From contig CM119372.1 of the NCBI GenBank assembly GCA_051294905.1, positions 39,124,001 to 39,188,000 on the forward strand: DNA of 64,000 nt, written 5' to 3'. The DNA is from Botryllus schlosseri (taxonomy: Eukaryota). The notes below the pieces were generated by a model. That model made no database searches, was not told the origin of the DNA, and worked only from the letters and a program-made list of their open reading frames with translations. Position numbers and translations under genes: made by a program. Numbering within the stretch: position 1 is the stretch's first letter; each line of letters opens with the position of its first letter. Of this stretch, positions 62,036 through 64,000 are shown piece after piece.

Positions 62036-62973
62036 CAGTGTTGGGATGACTCGAGTCATGACTTGACTCGAGTCAGACTCGAGTCACCTTTTTCGTATGA
62101 CTTGACTTGACTCGAGTGACTTTGCAAAAATGACTTGACTTGACTTGACTTGACTCGGTGCATCAGAAATGTGGATTAACTCGTGACTCGGAGCAGAATT
62201 CACGAGTCAATTTCAAGTCATCAAGTAATCGGTGTCGTAAAAAATCACTGTATCTTGCATATTTTCGGATTGTTCGCGAAACTCTGTTGCAACCCGTGAG
62301 AGCGACCACTCATGCATCCATTGTTCTCGCACAAATAAATTTACCACAAAAGAAGTGATCGGAGCTTACAGCTTACGTTGTCGTATATTTGTAGTAAAGT
62401 AATTTAAAAGCAAAAGATCTGTTTTTTCTGTTTTATTCAAATATAATTAGAATCTATAGTTTATACACTCGTCAACCATTGACGCGGGCTCGAATTGTAT
62501 CGCAAGAAGTAGGTGGATCATGTATTGCATCTTGTCAATTCGTTCCTCTATTCTCTTTTTTGGCCGGTAACTTCGTAGCTATAAACTGAGGCTATTCAAT
62601 TACTTACGTAGTTTAACAGTTCAACGAATATATGAGTGATACAACTCTTTCCTGCGTGTATACGTACTCTATATTCGTTCGTCGGTTCAAAATGCAGAGA
62701 CCACTCATGCAACCTGTATTTTAAACAGCTAGCAAAATGAAATGACGTAATCATGTCTCATACTTCAAAAAGGCAACTTGACTTGAATTGTGATTTCACT
62801 AGTGACTTGACTTGACTTGACTCGACTTGACTCGAGTCACCTCCAAAAATCGAGTGACTTGACTTGACTCGAGTCACTTTGGAAAATCGATTGACTTGAC
62901 TTGACTCGAGTCAAAATGTGCAATGACTCGAAATGACTCGTGACTCGAAGGTAGTGACTTGATCCCAACACTG
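62036..62973. mobile_element. Intact 938-bp GACTT/GACTCGAGTC-repeat MITE
   Basis: TIR CAGTGTTGGGAT / ATCCCAACACTG; exact TSD GTGTGTTG. Confidence 0.92.
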
Positions 62974-64000
62974 GTGTGTTGTGGTTATGGCTTTCACATC
63001 ATCTGTTGGTAAAATCATTAATGTATGCATTGGTAACGGAACATGGGATATTCCTAAACTATCTATTGTCTGTGTCTACAATGTCCGTGAATGAATTTAC
63101 AATCATGGATGTTCGTTATCCAGCGGTTCGCATTTCAGCTGTTCAGTCAAATACTATATCCTGTAACAATTTCTAATTATTATTTGTGATACTCATTTCA
63201 GTTGATATACGAGTTATTTTGTTGATATATTTAGCCTTTATTTTACGATAGAGACTGAAGCCATGAAGTGATTGCGGTGCGCCCTAATATCCGTATAAAT
63301 CTGAGGGGGAATTGAAAAGAATGCAGCGATGGAGAAGGCAGCAGTTTATAAAATATCGGCCTCCGATCATTCGTTCAACCTGCAGTGACAATGTCCATGA
63401 TCAGCCCACTATCACTATGAAATAACACTGCACGAATACGAGGACAGTAGAATTACCCAGATATCAGAGACCACATCATGCCAGAACTTGACAGAAATAT
63501 TAGGCAGGCTCTGAATAAAGTCAGCGTGGGTATGTAGGCTGCTGATGGGAGCTCTGCATTGCCTTGCTCCTATTCTTCCCGCCAAGGTACGGACTTGCTT
63601 GATATGCCAGATTTCGTCCCTATTCCAATTCAAGAGAGAAGAAATGCTCATCTCAAGAACTGGAATAGTTGTATCAAACTTGTCTCGGAAAGAAGATATC
63701 AATGTTCCATGCATTTTATATGACTGTCTGTCTGGTATTTGTATGTATGATCGTGGTGGATTTTATTGTAACTAATACGACAATAAAAACATATCGTCAA
63801 ATTGTGATATTTTGCAACGCAAGTGTCAATGTCTGCCAGAAAGCAACTATGATTCTGGTAGCGATAGGGGCACTAGCGGTTGTAAGATGCAGTAGCCAGA
63901 GGGTTAATGCTCGACGATGAAAGAGTTAATGAGTCTGCAGCTGAAGTGCGAAAAGTGTGTCTTTCGAAGCATCATTTTGGCATCGAAAGCGTATGATAGG

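Noticed and set aside
61358..63920. Short hydrophobic ORFs near the window end
   Set aside because: No recognisable motifs or consistent splice model by eye

Overview
AT-rich animal (invertebrate; tunicate-like is only a guess) genomic DNA dominated by transposable elements. The one well-supported host gene is an intronless class A GPCR (16553-17623, +). Mobile elements: (1) a young, 5'-truncated Penelope-like retroelement (RT + GIY-YIG) with 765-bp inverted arms; (2) smaller Penelope remnants of a second family; (3) a decayed I-group LINE interrupted by a solo-LTR-like insert; (4) an apparently complete two-gene PIF/Harbinger transposon; (5) two hAT transposase remnants; (6) a foldback (Mutator-like) element with 15-bp tandem-repeat arms around (CCCTAA)-derived repeats; (7) many hAT-type MITEs with 8-bp TSDs; (8) a tRNA-derived SINE family. 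Highlights: both Penelope families carry minimal hammerhead ribozyme motifs, one with a compensatory U3-A8 core, and both show a covarying loop-II/upstream pairing. An ~18-kb nest of elements, up to eight layers deep, spans ~18.95-37.3 kb. All calls come from reading the sequence by eye; no searches or folding programs were run.
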